From the IMG/VR virus record IMGVR_UViG_3300020045_000745, positions 1 to 30,965 of that record: 30,965 nucleotides of DNA, one strand, 5' to 3'. The notes below the pieces were generated by a model. The model was not told the origin of the DNA and made no database searches. It worked only from the letters and a program-made list of their open reading frames with translations. How positions within the stretch are numbered: position 1 is the first letter of the stretch; each line of letters begins with the position of its first letter. This document shows positions 8,308 to 17,718 of the stretch, piece after piece. Made by a program: the position numbers and the translations under genes. This stretch comes from a virus. Its lineage: Duplodnaviria > Caudoviricetes.

Positions 8308-9336
8308 ATGACTACAGTTTCTGATGGTTTGTTTCAATATGGTGGAATGCCCGTTAATGGTGCGGTTCCTCCGTTCGTAAGTCGTTATAGCAAGACGTTC
8401 TTTGTTGACCCCGTTAATGGCCTGGATGGGAATTCTGGGGAAAGTCCGAGTCAAGCATTCGCCACTCTGTATCGTGCGCATAAGATGTGTACGGCTGGTC
8501 AGAACGACGTTGTATATCTGATTGGCACAGGTGCTGCGGCGGGAACGGCTCGATTGAGCACCGCTAACGCAATCGCGGGAGATTCATCTTTGACGACTGG
8601 GGAGTTAATTTGGTCCAAGAATGCGACGCACCTGATTGGTATCGCGGCACCGGGGGTAAACTCACGTGCGCGAATTGCGAATCCAACGGGCACCTATACA
8701 GCAGCTACATTTGGTTCTAACGCGTTTATGACTGTAAGTGGTAATGGTTGTTATATTGCCAATATCTCCCTTACTCAGTCTTTCTCGACTGGCAATGCGG
8801 CAGAGATTACGCTGACTGTAACGGGTTCTTATAATGTGTTTGACAATGTGTTTGCCAGTGGTCCTTTGAGTGCGGCAGGCTATCAAGGTGCCAACTCACG
8901 GGCATTGAAGGTCTCGACCGGAGGGGAAAACATTTTCCTCGGAGGGCAGTATGGAGCTGACACAGTTACTCGTTCTGCTTTGAATGCCAATGTGGAATTT
9001 GCTTCGGCAACAGCCCGTAATCGGTTTGACAAGGTCATTTTCCCGATGTATACGGATGACGCTACGGCAGTCGGTATTCTTGGAACGGGCGCTGGATGTA
9101 TGGACCGCTTCCAACTTTTTACAAATTGCTGGTTTATCAATGCGATTGAATCGGGTTCGACTGGGGCGACTGCTCTTGCAAATCTGACGAGTGCCTCTGC
9201 TGGTGGGATGCTAGTATTCGCCAATTGCAATCTCATAGGATTCACGAAATGGGGTGACACGAACGCCCTTGCACAATCGTATGTATCGAACGTCGGTGGC
9301 GCTGCTACTGATGGTCTGATGCTTGCGCCGACGTAA
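8308..9336 (+). CDS. Virion-associated parallel beta-helix protein (putative head fibre/spike)
   Basis: FFVDPVNGLDGNSGESPSQAFATL..A motif typical of the start of pectate-lyase-like beta-helices, followed by N.F.NC-type rungs; CAGGAG RBS before ATG 8308. Confidence 0.65.
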   Translation: MTTVSDGLFQYGGMPVNGAVPPFVSRYSKTFFVDPVNGLDGNSGESPSQAFATLYRAHKMCTAGQNDVVYLIGTGAAAGTARLSTANAIAGDSSLTTGELIWSKNATHLIGIAAPGVNSRARIANPTGTYTAATFGSNAFMTVSGNGCYIANISLTQSFSTGNAAEITLTVTGSYNVFDNVFASGPLSAAGYQGANSRALKVSTGGENIFLGGQYGADTVTRSALNANVEFASATARNRFDKVIFPMYTDDATAVGILGTGAGCMDRFQLFTNCWFINAIESGSTGATALANLTSASAGGMLVFANCNLIGFTKWGDTNALAQSYVSNVGGAATDGLMLAPT

Positions 9337-9347
9337 TATATTGGATT

Positions 9348-9376
9348 GGGGGCCTTTGCGCCCCCTTTCCTTCTTT
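9348..9376 (+). terminator. Rho-independent terminator
   Basis: GGGGGC-CTTTGC-GCCCCC hairpin followed by TTTCCTTCTTT, 11 nt after a stop codon. Confidence 0.7.
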
Positions 9377-9396
9377 AACTTTCCAAAGGATTCACT

Positions 9397-10038
9397 ATGC
9401 GTCCAATTTCAATTTCATATACACCAACACCTCTTGACGCAAATGATATTGCTCCCGCTGGAACTGGCGGAACCTCAGGCGTTGCTTTTGTGTTAGCTGC
9501 TGGCTGGATTTCAGGCGGTTATGATGTGGGTGACAGTATGGCCCACCAGATTACCATTGCCCCCAGTGGTAGCGTCACGGGCAGTTACATAATTACGGGC
9601 ACCGACAGCGATGGTCGTGCTCAAACGGAAACACTCGCAACAAACACTACCAATACTGTTACCTCTACGAAATATTGGTTGACGGTAACTGAAATATTGG
9701 CCCCAAGTGGGATTGGGGCGGAAACTGTAACAATCGGATGGAATGGTGTAGCTGTTGGCCAAACTATTCCACTTAACTGGAAACAGAAACCCTTTAGTGT
9801 GGGACTCGCTGTAGATGTGACTGGCACTATTGATGTCACCGTCCAACACACATTTGATAATGTATGGACTGACAATGCTCAACCTAGTACGTTTAAGTGG
9901 TTCCCACATGCAACCATTGTGGCGAAGACTGCGGATACAGACAGTAATTATGCTTATCCCTGCACAGCTACCCGGCTTTTGGTAAATTCGGTTTCGTCCG
10001 GCGGATCAGTAGTATTTAAGATCGTTCAAGGAGAATAA
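9397..10038 (+). CDS. Virion structural protein (beta-rich)
   Basis: 213 aa, Thr/Gly-rich; ITGTD..G...TE.L and TVQHT.D....A.RL motifs; AAAGGA RBS. Confidence 0.7.
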   Translation: MRPISISYTPTPLDANDIAPAGTGGTSGVAFVLAAGWISGGYDVGDSMAHQITIAPSGSVTGSYIITGTDSDGRAQTETLATNTTNTVTSTKYWLTVTEILAPSGIGAETVTIGWNGVAVGQTIPLNWKQKPFSVGLAVDVTGTIDVTVQHTFDNVWTDNAQPSTFKWFPHATIVAKTADTDSNYAYPCTATRLLVNSVSSGGSVVFKIVQGE

Positions 10039-10040
10039 GT

Positions 10041-10556
10041 ATGAGTATCTCAGTCGATCCACGTAAAATAGAGAAACTCTCGCAACTTGAAGCAACGCTT
10101 GAACTATTGCAAAATCCCGACTCCTATATGGCACTATTGGCGGATGTCAAGATTACATTGAGACAGCTATTGGAAGTCTCTAAACGGTATTCAAGTATCG
10201 CTGAAGCAGACAAGTTTCTCCAAGAAGCTAAAGACCTGGTTGTTGCGGCAAAACAGGAAGCCAACAAGATTCTACAAGAAGCCAAGGTAGTAAAATCCGA
10301 GGCCGATCAGAAACTCAAAGACATGCTTTCAGATATTCAACTTCGTGCCATTCAATCTGCCAATGAGACCAAGAGATTGGGGGACCTGCAAAAACTACTT
10401 TCGTTGCAGGCCGAAACTCTCAAAACAAAGGAACAGAAAATTCAAGAAAAAATGGATGAATTGGCAACTATTGAGACAAAACTTCTGCAAGGTATGAGCA
10501 ATCTAGAACAGCAAAAGAAAGACTTTAATGCTAAATTGGAAGCTTTGCGGAGTTAA
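10041..10556 (+). CDS. Coiled-coil hypothetical protein
   Basis: 171 aa of continuous heptad pattern (L/K/E/Q-rich); AGGAG RBS. Confidence 0.7.
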   Translation: MSISVDPRKIEKLSQLEATLELLQNPDSYMALLADVKITLRQLLEVSKRYSSIAEADKFLQEAKDLVVAAKQEANKILQEAKVVKSEADQKLKDMLSDIQLRAIQSANETKRLGDLQKLLSLQAETLKTKEQKIQEKMDELATIETKLLQGMSNLEQQKKDFNAKLEALRS

Positions 10557-10559
10557 TTC

Positions 10560-10790
10560 ATGAGTTTGATTACCATTCAAAAACTAAAGCGAAATGGTTG
10601 GCCAGACGATGAGTCTCTGTCTGAGATTGATGAAACCTTGCTGGAAAAATCAGTCGGACTATTGGATAACGAGAATGAACATACGACGTGGCAAGAATGG
10701 CGGCTTGATGGGAAGATTGTCAAGCGGGGTGCCCATGTGCGTCTGAAACGTAATTTAGTGGCAGATGCCATTGCGGGAATGTTTGGTTAG
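10560..10790 (+). CDS. Small hypothetical protein linked to the downstream fibre module
   Basis: 76 aa, W.EW...G..V.R.AHV.LK motif; tight packing with neighbours. Confidence 0.65.
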   Translation: MSLITIQKLKRNGWPDDESLSEIDETLLEKSVGLLDNENEHTTWQEWRLDGKIVKRGAHVRLKRNLVADAIAGMFG

Positions 10791-10801
10791 GGAGATATCG
10801 T

Positions 10802-11278
10802 ATGGCAAACTCAGCAGGACTTTGCACCAGTTTTAAGGTTCAGTTGTTAAATGGTTCTCATGCTTTTGGGACCCAAGCAACGAACAGCGTGCGAACAGTC
10901 ACGACAAAAGATACGTTTAATCTGGCACTATATGCAGCCACTGCTTCTTTAAGTGTGGCTACTCTGGTATATTCGGCAACGGGAGAGTTGGCTGCATCCG
11001 GAAATTATACGGCAAAGGGAAAACTTTTAACCAATGCTACGGCACCAACGTCTACAGGCACGACTGCTTTCTGGACTCCTTCAGCAAATGCAACCTGGAC
11101 TGCACTAACGTCAAGTGCGGCTTTTGATGCTGCATTACTGATTAACAACAAATCCACGGATACAACTGAGTTGGCCATTGCGGTTTTCACATTTAGTTCT
11201 CAGTCCATCACTGCGGCTGACTTCACATTGACAATGCCTACGAACGATGCTACTACAGGACTTATCAGAATAGCTTAA
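10802..11278 (+). CDS. Virion structural protein (possible fibre attachment protein)
   Basis: CTSFK..LL.G.H.F...DTF.LALY...Y.ATGE....Y...G..L motif and C-terminal F.L.MP......IRIA; GGAG RBS. Confidence 0.75.
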   Translation: MANSAGLCTSFKVQLLNGSHAFGTQATNSVRTVTTKDTFNLALYAATASLSVATLVYSATGELAASGNYTAKGKLLTNATAPTSTGTTAFWTPSANATWTALTSSAAFDAALLINNKSTDTTELAIAVFTFSSQSITAADFTLTMPTNDATTGLIRIA

Positions 11279-12655
11279 ATGGCTGCTACAATCTCGGACC
11301 TGGCAAATGCTGCGGATACCACTGCTGACACAGCATGTACAACTGGAGCGACAGTAACTGCTGCTGTTAATGATTGGCTTGTCGTAATCGCCGCCGCGTC
11401 TAATGATGGTACTAATGGTGCGGCGTCTATGACCACTGTTGTAGACAGTGACGGAGTAAATGTTTATACACAACGAGCACTCATCAATTATGATCCTGGG
11501 GCAGCCGGTGCTGGCGCGACACTGGGAATCTACACTTGTCGAGTAACAAGTGCCCTTTCCCTTGATACCATTACCACCAACTACTCAGTAAACACATCAC
11601 AAAAATCTTGTCAAGTCTATAAAGTTGTGCCCGGCGCTGGAGAAATGGTTTCTTTTATTTCCGCCGATACAACTGGAGTCACGGGAAATTTAACGGAATA
11701 CTTGGCAAATACTGTTGCTGTTACAAGTGGGGATATCATTTTTGGTGCTGCGGCCATCGAAACTGATGATACAGTTACAGGTGATTCAGACTCGACCAAT
11801 GGAAGTTGGTCCTCTGTTTTAACACGCCTGGCTGATGGGGGTGCCGACGGCGCCACAATGTCATGTGTATCACAGTATAAAACAACGACAGGAACAGGGA
11901 ATCAGGTATGGTCGGCCACCACTACAACAGGTCGTGATTCTGCCATATCATACTTAGTTCTTCGATCTGCCACAGTCTCTGTCGCTCTTACAGCGGCATT
12001 TACTGCAACTGGTTCAGCGGGAAGTCTTGCTGCAAGTATCTCAACAGCATTGTCTGGTTTTGAGGCCACTGGAGGTTTTGGCACTCTCGTTCCGTTCGTA
12101 AGTTACAGCGTGGCTCTTACAGGAGTCGAGGCGACTGGAAGTGCCGGAGCTTTCAGTTCATCCATAGTTGCAAACCTTGTTGGTTTCGAGGGGACTACAG
12201 CACAAGGTTCATTTGTGGCCAGTCTCCAAGTGAGTCTCCCAGGATTTGAATCTATAGGAACTGCCGGGTCTCTCGCGCCATCTATAACCACAAGTCTTGT
12301 GGGTGTTGAAGGAACGTCAGGACAAGGTTCCTTTTCTGCGAGTATTCAAGTAAGTTTAGCTGGATTTGAGGCCACAGGGTCAATAGGCACCTTATCCCCA
12401 GCAGTGCAAGTAACTTTATCAGGATTCGGTGCAGTAAGTGATATTGGGACATTCTCCCCCACAATTTCTTGCCCATTAGTGGGCCTCGATATAATTGGCG
12501 CAATTGGCACCTTAGTGCCTTCCTCAAGTGCGGGAGGACCTGGCACTTTCACCTATAACGGGGTAACAAAATTTAAGATTCTTGCCGTTTCAGTTCAGGC
12601 GGCTGACCAAATTAGCGGTGTTTCAATATCCTATTCACAAGACGAGACGTTATAA
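11279..12655 (+). CDS. Fibre-like protein with a globular N-terminal domain and ~20-aa beta repeats
   Basis: 458 aa, T/A/G/S-rich; nine V.L.G.E.TG..G.L repeats in the C-terminal half. Confidence 0.7.
   Translation: MAATISDLANAADTTADTACTTGATVTAAVNDWLVVIAAASNDGTNGAASMTTVVDSDGVNVYTQRALINYDPGAAGAGATLGIYTCRVTSALSLDTITTNYSVNTSQKSCQVYKVVPGAGEMVSFISADTTGVTGNLTEYLANTVAVTSGDIIFGAAAIETDDTVTGDSDSTNGSWSSVLTRLADGGADGATMSCVSQYKTTTGTGNQVWSATTTTGRDSAISYLVLRSATVSVALTAAFTATGSAGSLAASISTALSGFEATGGFGTLVPFVSYSVALTGVEATGSAGAFSSSIVANLVGFEGTTAQGSFVASLQVSLPGFESIGTAGSLAPSITTSLVGVEGTSGQGSFSASIQVSLAGFEATGSIGTLSPAVQVTLSGFGAVSDIGTFSPTISCPLVGLDIIGAIGTLVPSSSAGGPGTFTYNGVTKFKILAVSVQAADQISGVSISYSQDETL
11980..12528 (+). repeat. 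Degenerate coding tandem repeat, ~60 nt (20 aa) x 9
   Basis: VALTGVEATGSAGAFSSSIV / ANLVGFEGTTAQGSFVASLQ / VSLPGFESIGTAGSLAPSIT / TSLVGVEGTSGQGSFSASIQ / VSLAGFEATGSIGTLSPAVQ and flanking units. Confidence 0.85.
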
Positions 12656-12656
12656 C

Positions 12657-12857
12657 ATGACACTTCAAACCACTACTCAAATTGCTAAAGGCACGGCTGA
12701 TGTTGGGGCACTTGGCATTACTGTGGCAACCTTTTTCGAGATGCTTCCAAATATCGCTGCGCTACTGTCGGTATTTTGGTTAGTCCTCCGAATTTGGGCC
12801 GACCCCACTTTTCAACTTCTTTTAGAGAAAATGAAGTCTAAATTTAGGAAAGACTAA
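12657..12857 (+). CDS. Small membrane protein, holin-like
   Basis: 66 aa from ATG 12657; hydrophobic segments (GALGITVATFF; IAALLSVFWLVLRIW) and a basic C-terminus (KMKSKFRKD). Confidence 0.6.
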   Translation: MTLQTTTQIAKGTADVGALGITVATFFEMLPNIAALLSVFWLVLRIWADPTFQLLLEKMKSKFRKD

Positions 12858-13879
12858 TGAGCACAAGCGGGACAGTCACATATCGTGGTGATCGAGACAC
12901 GATCATAAAGGGTGCCTTGCGCCTTTGCAGTGCCTATGATCCTGAAAACAGTGCCGGACCATCTACGAATCAAATTACATTCGGGGCCGAAGCTCTGAAT
13001 ATGCTTGTGAAGGCGTGGGAAGCCAATGGCCTTCAGCTTTGGGAACGTAAGTGGGGAGTAGTCTTTCCACGGGTCGATCAGGGCGTATATGTGCTTGGAA
13101 GTCCTGGTGCGGCAGGAGATCATGCCTGCCTTGCAAACCCTCTGGGCTACGGAAACTTTGTCAGTACGACCCTTTCTGCCGCTGCCGCAAGTGGGGCCTC
13201 TACAGTGACTTTAACGGCCATTACAAGTGAGAGTTCTACTGGGATTTCTGTATTTACCGCAGCTACAACCCATAATATCGGAATTGAGTTGGATACTGGT
13301 GATTTACAGTGGACCACGATTAATGGGGCACTTAGCACTAACACAGCCACCTTAACCGCCACTCTTACAGGCGCTGCTGCTGCGGGAAACCGTGTATTTG
13401 TGTATGCGACTAAAATGGTACGACCCTTGCGAATCCTTGATGGATATGTCCGGCAATTATCGTCCAATAGTGATATCCCTATTAATGTAATTCCGCGAGA
13501 GAACTACAACCGATTCGGGATTAAAACAAGCACAGGCACACCTGTGCAGCTTTACTATGATCCTCAACGGAGTGCTGGATACATTTATATCTACCCCGTT
13601 TTCTCCAATGTGGACCAACTACTTTATATCGAATTCCAATCCCCAATTGAGGATTTCTCAGCGTCAACGGATGAGTTTGATCTCCCACAAGAATGGGGGG
13701 AAGCCTTGAAGTTCAATCTCGCGTTATCCCTTGCTCCAGAATACGAAGTTACGGATACGAAGTTTAAGCAGATTGCCGCACTTGCCACTGCCTCCTTTGA
13801 TCTCGTAAACGGCTACGATCAGGAAAATGCAAGTCTCTTCATCCAGCCACATCAAATGCTTATTGATTCGTTGAGGTAA
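12857..13879 (+). CDS. Head-tail adaptor (P22 gp4 / tail tubular A-like) with inserted beta domain
   Basis: II..ALR.......ALN.LV..W N-terminal helices and LP.EW..AL..NLA..LAPEY C-terminal helices; upstream of a gp10-like gene. Confidence 0.75.
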   Translation: MSTSGTVTYRGDRDTIIKGALRLCSAYDPENSAGPSTNQITFGAEALNMLVKAWEANGLQLWERKWGVVFPRVDQGVYVLGSPGAAGDHACLANPLGYGNFVSTTLSAAAASGASTVTLTAITSESSTGISVFTAATTHNIGIELDTGDLQWTTINGALSTNTATLTATLTGAAAAGNRVFVYATKMVRPLRILDGYVRQLSSNSDIPINVIPRENYNRFGIKTSTGTPVQLYYDPQRSAGYIYIYPVFSNVDQLLYIEFQSPIEDFSASTDEFDLPQEWGEALKFNLALSLAPEYEVTDTKFKQIAALATASFDLVNGYDQENASLFIQPHQMLIDSLR

Positions 13880-13882
13880 GTA

Positions 13883-15580
13883 GTGGCTATCCAACGCAAA
13901 AAGAAACAATACACCGGGGCAAGTAAGGGCGGGGATGATGACATCCAGATTGCCCGAATTCCGTTTATTGGGGATCAGTTACAGCGGTCTAGCAGTGCAG
14001 CAAAGGATCAACGCTTTGTAAACGGATTCTTTGATGTCCGCAAGAATAAGGAAACCCAGAAATCCCACTACTTCTTTGTCAAACGTCCAGGCACCACCCA
14101 GACTGGGGGTACACGACCGCCTGCGACAAATGCCACTGGCCGTGGGTGTTATAGTTGGAATGGCAAACTCTATAGTGTCTTTGGTACTAAGATATATTCG
14201 GGAACAACTGATCTCGGAGTAACACTTAAAACGTCAACGGGTCTTTGTGGATTTGCTGAAACTCGTGCTGGAATCGGAACACAGTATCTTGGGATTAACG
14301 ATGGTATCAATATATACCTGATTACCCTGGCTGATGGTATCTCTACGATTTCCGTCAAAGCAGATACAATTACCGTAACAATTGCTACACCTGGAGTCGT
14401 CTCTTGGGCCACACATGGCCTTGTTGCCGGGAGTCCTGTTGTTTTTAATACGACGGGTGCTTTGCCTACCGGCATTACAGCAGGAACCACCTACTATGTT
14501 TCCGCCACAGGTTTAGGAGCTTCGGCTTTTCAAATTGCTGCTACCCCCGGTGGAGCATCCATAAACACGACCGGAACTCAGTCAGGCACCCATACCGGAA
14601 CCCTTCCAACTACTCGTGATTTGGAGTATATGGATGGGTATTTTTTTACTCTTCGGGCAGATTGTGTGGTTGTGAATTGCTCAGTGGATGATCCGACAAC
14701 GTGGGCGGCAGCGAGTTTCTTGACTGCCCAAATGTATGGGGGAGTTGGAATTGGCCTCAAACGCCAGAACAACCTTCTTGTTATCTTCCTTGATCGGGTT
14801 ATTCAATTCTTTTATGATGCCGAAAACACTTCGGGATCACCCTTGTCAAACGTCGAGCAGGCTTGCCAGCAGTTGGGATGTGGTTCGCATGACTCCATTG
14901 CCGAGCATGAGGGAGATATCTTCTGGGTTACCAACCACAATACGGTGGCTAAACTGACGGGTGTGACTTCCTTAAATGAAATCCAAAGTCCTGACTTACA
15001 GCGTTTACTCGACGCAGAAGGCACAGCCATCTCCAGTTCTGTTGGATATGTGATTCATGTGGGAGGTCGAACCTTCTATATTTTAAACCTTTCGACAGCC
15101 GGTCGTACATTTGTCTATGATATAGAGGATGAACTTTGGTTTGAATGGGAGGCGGCTGCGGGCGGGGCTGTTTGGCCCATTGTGGCCGAGACGATGCACT
15201 CGAATGCCATTCGGGTTCAACATGCCTCCAATGGATGGTTATATGTGCTGTCAACCACGATCTATCAAGATGATGCCGTGAATTTTACGGTGCTTGCTCG
15301 TCTGTCTCGGGTTGATTTCGATACCATGAAATGGAAGTTCTGCAAACGGGTTGACTTAATTGGGGATAAACAAGCCTCAACAACCAATGTGAGTCTTCAG
15401 TATAGTGATGATGACTATGGCACACTATCAACGGCTCGGACGTTAGATATGGCCCAAACCCAATGTTTTGGTGTCAACTTTGGACGTTTTCAACGACGTG
15501 GTTGGCAGGTGAGTTATGCCGGAGCCAATCCTCTTCGTTTAGAGGGACTTGAACTTCGCCTGAGAATTGGAGATTCTTAA
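13883..15580 (+). CDS. Tail hub / packaged DNA stabilisation protein (P22 gp10-like)
   Basis: KRPG....RG, YMDGYF, GC....SI, T.VYD.....W.EW and LQYSDD motifs; beta-propeller-like composition; position after the adaptor. Confidence 0.8.
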   Translation: MAIQRKKKQYTGASKGGDDDIQIARIPFIGDQLQRSSSAAKDQRFVNGFFDVRKNKETQKSHYFFVKRPGTTQTGGTRPPATNATGRGCYSWNGKLYSVFGTKIYSGTTDLGVTLKTSTGLCGFAETRAGIGTQYLGINDGINIYLITLADGISTISVKADTITVTIATPGVVSWATHGLVAGSPVVFNTTGALPTGITAGTTYYVSATGLGASAFQIAATPGGASINTTGTQSGTHTGTLPTTRDLEYMDGYFFTLRADCVVVNCSVDDPTTWAAASFLTAQMYGGVGIGLKRQNNLLVIFLDRVIQFFYDAENTSGSPLSNVEQACQQLGCGSHDSIAEHEGDIFWVTNHNTVAKLTGVTSLNEIQSPDLQRLLDAEGTAISSSVGYVIHVGGRTFYILNLSTAGRTFVYDIEDELWFEWEAAAGGAVWPIVAETMHSNAIRVQHASNGWLYVLSTTIYQDDAVNFTVLARLSRVDFDTMKWKFCKRVDLIGDKQASTTNVSLQYSDDDYGTLSTARTLDMAQTQCFGVNFGRFQRRGWQVSYAGANPLRLEGLELRLRIGDS

Positions 15581-15581
15581 A

Positions 15582-16370
15582 ATGGCCTTTAGGCATACAA
15601 TACCATTTCCTGTAATGGACGCTAAATTTATGCCGTCCTCATTGCAAGAATGGTTTCGTAAAATCACGATCTATATTGATAGTCTCCCAACTTTTGCTGC
15701 GACCGGCACAAGTGGTGGGATTCCCTTCTTTGATTCTGCCACTACCATTGCCAGTTCAGCCGTCCTTACGGCCAATCAGTTAGTTCTTGGTGGGGGTGCT
15801 GCTACAACGCCAGCAACTCTCGGAAGTCTCGGGACGACAGCCACCGTACTTCACGGAAATGCGGCAGGAGCGCCCACTTTTGGGGCTGTTGCCCTATCTT
15901 CTGACGTTTCTGGAACGCTTCCAGTTGGAAATGGGGGCACAGGGCTTACTACATTAACAGCACATGCTCTATATGTTGGAAATGGTGCAAGTGCTCCTGC
16001 TGCCGTCGCTGTTGGTGCCACAAATACGTTCTTAAAGGGTTCTACGGGAGCTGATCCGGCTTTTGGCACGGCCACTCTTGCTTCAGCAGATTTTGCTAAT
16101 CAAGGTACAACCACGACTGTTTTACACGGGAATGCAGCAGGAAATCCAAGTTTTGCCGCAGTTAATCACAGCACTGAAATGACAAGTCTTCAAGGTGGAA
16201 CAACCAATGAGTATTACCATTTAACCAGTGCTCAACACACCGATTTAACGGATGCTGGTGATTCTACTCTGCACTTTCATGCCACGGATCGAGACTTGGC
16301 AAATGCCACGGGACAATTGATTCTTGCTCGTTCCGTGCAACTAGCAATGTTTGCACACTCAATGGGATAG
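15582..16370 (+). CDS. Tail needle/fibre protein
   Basis: W+EWF-type N-terminus at the gp26-equivalent position; SGTLPV.NGGTG fibre motif; duplicated GTT.TVLHGNAAG.P.F.AV; LQGG...EYYHLT His-rich segment. ATG 15582 with GGAG RBS. Confidence 0.7.
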   Translation: MAFRHTIPFPVMDAKFMPSSLQEWFRKITIYIDSLPTFAATGTSGGIPFFDSATTIASSAVLTANQLVLGGGAATTPATLGSLGTTATVLHGNAAGAPTFGAVALSSDVSGTLPVGNGGTGLTTLTAHALYVGNGASAPAAVAVGATNTFLKGSTGADPAFGTATLASADFANQGTTTTVLHGNAAGNPSFAAVNHSTEMTSLQGGTTNEYYHLTSAQHTDLTDAGDSTLHFHATDRDLANATGQLILARSVQLAMFAHSMG

Positions 16371-16373
16371 GAT

Positions 16374-17531
16374 ATGATACGTCTAACTGGATCAAATAAG
16401 TTACAAGTGGTCCTTTCTGGGGCAGCAACAGCCTCTAGAGTAACTGTCTCGTATCTTGATTTCTCAGCCACAGCAACATCTGGGGACAACCAATTATCGG
16501 TTACTAATGGGGCAACTCCAGTTGATATTTGCAATGCACCGGCGGCTGCTACAACTCGACAAGTCGATTTTATTAGTCTAACCGCTCTGGCGGCGATGAC
16601 TCCTACGTTTAGTATTAATGATGGAAGTGCTAGAGAACTATTTACGGCGGTTCTTGCACTAGGGGATACAGTTTACTATACCCATGCCCAAGGGTGGAAA
16701 ATTGTAGATTCTAGTGGACAACTTCGCTTTGTCATGCCCGGCTACCTACCATTGACCGGCGGCGTTCTCACTGGCGGCTTAACCGGCACAACGCTCGACC
16801 TCTCCGGCGCACTGACCTACGGCGGAGTCACGCTGACTGCGGCTGTGACCGGCACAGGGAACATGGTGCTGAGTGCAAGCCCAACTTTCACCGGCACAAT
16901 CACTGCAGCGGCACTTACGCTGTCGAGCACGCTTACACTTTCAGGTACGGCAGCGAATATTGCTACCGGCGCGAACTTCATCAGCTACGGCGGCACAGAT
17001 GCGGGGCTGTCGTTTGATTCAAGCAATAATGCGACATTAAGCGGGAATCTGGTGGTGAGCGGCGTAGGCTCACATGCAGTGGGTGGAGGAACAAATGCAA
17101 GAACACAATTTATTCTGACTGGTGCATTTACAGGAGACATTGCGACATACGGTTTTAGAGTTGCGAGCAGTTTAACAGTTCCAGCTGCCGCTGATGGCGC
17201 TGGATTATTGATAGACGCGACACTAATAGAGGCGTCGAGCGGAGTTCATGGAAGATTGGCCGGTCTAGTTGTTTCTCCCTCATTTACTAATGGCGCAGCA
17301 ACATTAACTCTTGCCGCGGCAATCTCGATGGATGCGTTTGCGGCTCCGACCGGGACTACCGACGCATGTAATATTGATTTTGCTACAGCACTCCCAACGG
17401 CGGCTACAAATAATGGTTTTATGCGTTTTCCGGCTGACGCAACTGATCCAACTGGCGGCGGCGGAGCTGCTGCGGGGCGCGTTCAGGTAGTAATTGCCGG
17501 TGTCGGGGTCAAATATTTAGCCTATTACTAG
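16374..17531 (+). CDS. Tail fibre / receptor-binding protein (putative)
   Basis: 385 aa, A/T/G-rich; YLPLTGG.LTG junction and TGTG..VLS.SPT.TG fibre motifs; aromatic C-terminus (KYLAYY). Confidence 0.7.
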   Translation: MIRLTGSNKLQVVLSGAATASRVTVSYLDFSATATSGDNQLSVTNGATPVDICNAPAAATTRQVDFISLTALAAMTPTFSINDGSARELFTAVLALGDTVYYTHAQGWKIVDSSGQLRFVMPGYLPLTGGVLTGGLTGTTLDLSGALTYGGVTLTAAVTGTGNMVLSASPTFTGTITAAALTLSSTLTLSGTAANIATGANFISYGGTDAGLSFDSSNNATLSGNLVVSGVGSHAVGGGTNARTQFILTGAFTGDIATYGFRVASSLTVPAAADGAGLLIDATLIEASSGVHGRLAGLVVSPSFTNGAATLTLAAAISMDAFAAPTGTTDACNIDFATALPTAATNNGFMRFPADATDPTGGGGAAAGRVQVVIAGVGVKYLAYY

Positions 17532-17539
17532 GAGACTAC

Positions 17540-17710
17540 ATGAACCAACAGGAAGCAACAATAGCCGTTTGGCGAGCAATGCATCAGCAGATGGCGGATA
17601 ACTTCGCGGCGGCGAGTGTCGAAACACAATTGCTGCGCGAACAAGTGCAGGCGTTGCAGGCAGAACTGGCTGAATTGAAGAATCCCCAACCCACTGATGA
17701 CCCCAAATAA
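17540..17710 (+). CDS. Small coiled-coil protein, possible fibre chaperone (not in the ORF track)
   Basis: AGGAG RBS, then MNQQEATIAVWRAMHQQMADNFAAASVETQLLREQVQALQAELAELKNPQPTDDPK* (56 aa), filling the gap between two genes. Confidence 0.75.
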   Translation: MNQQEATIAVWRAMHQQMADNFAAASVETQLLREQVQALQAELAELKNPQPTDDPK

Positions 17711-17718
17711 GTGTAATC

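Noticed and set aside
16368-16376. In-frame TAG-GAT-ATG suggesting amber readthrough fusing two fibre genes, or genome recoding
   Set aside because: Similar in-frame 0-3 nt gaps follow TAA stops elsewhere (1541, 10556, 11278, 13879), and genes are intact under the standard code.
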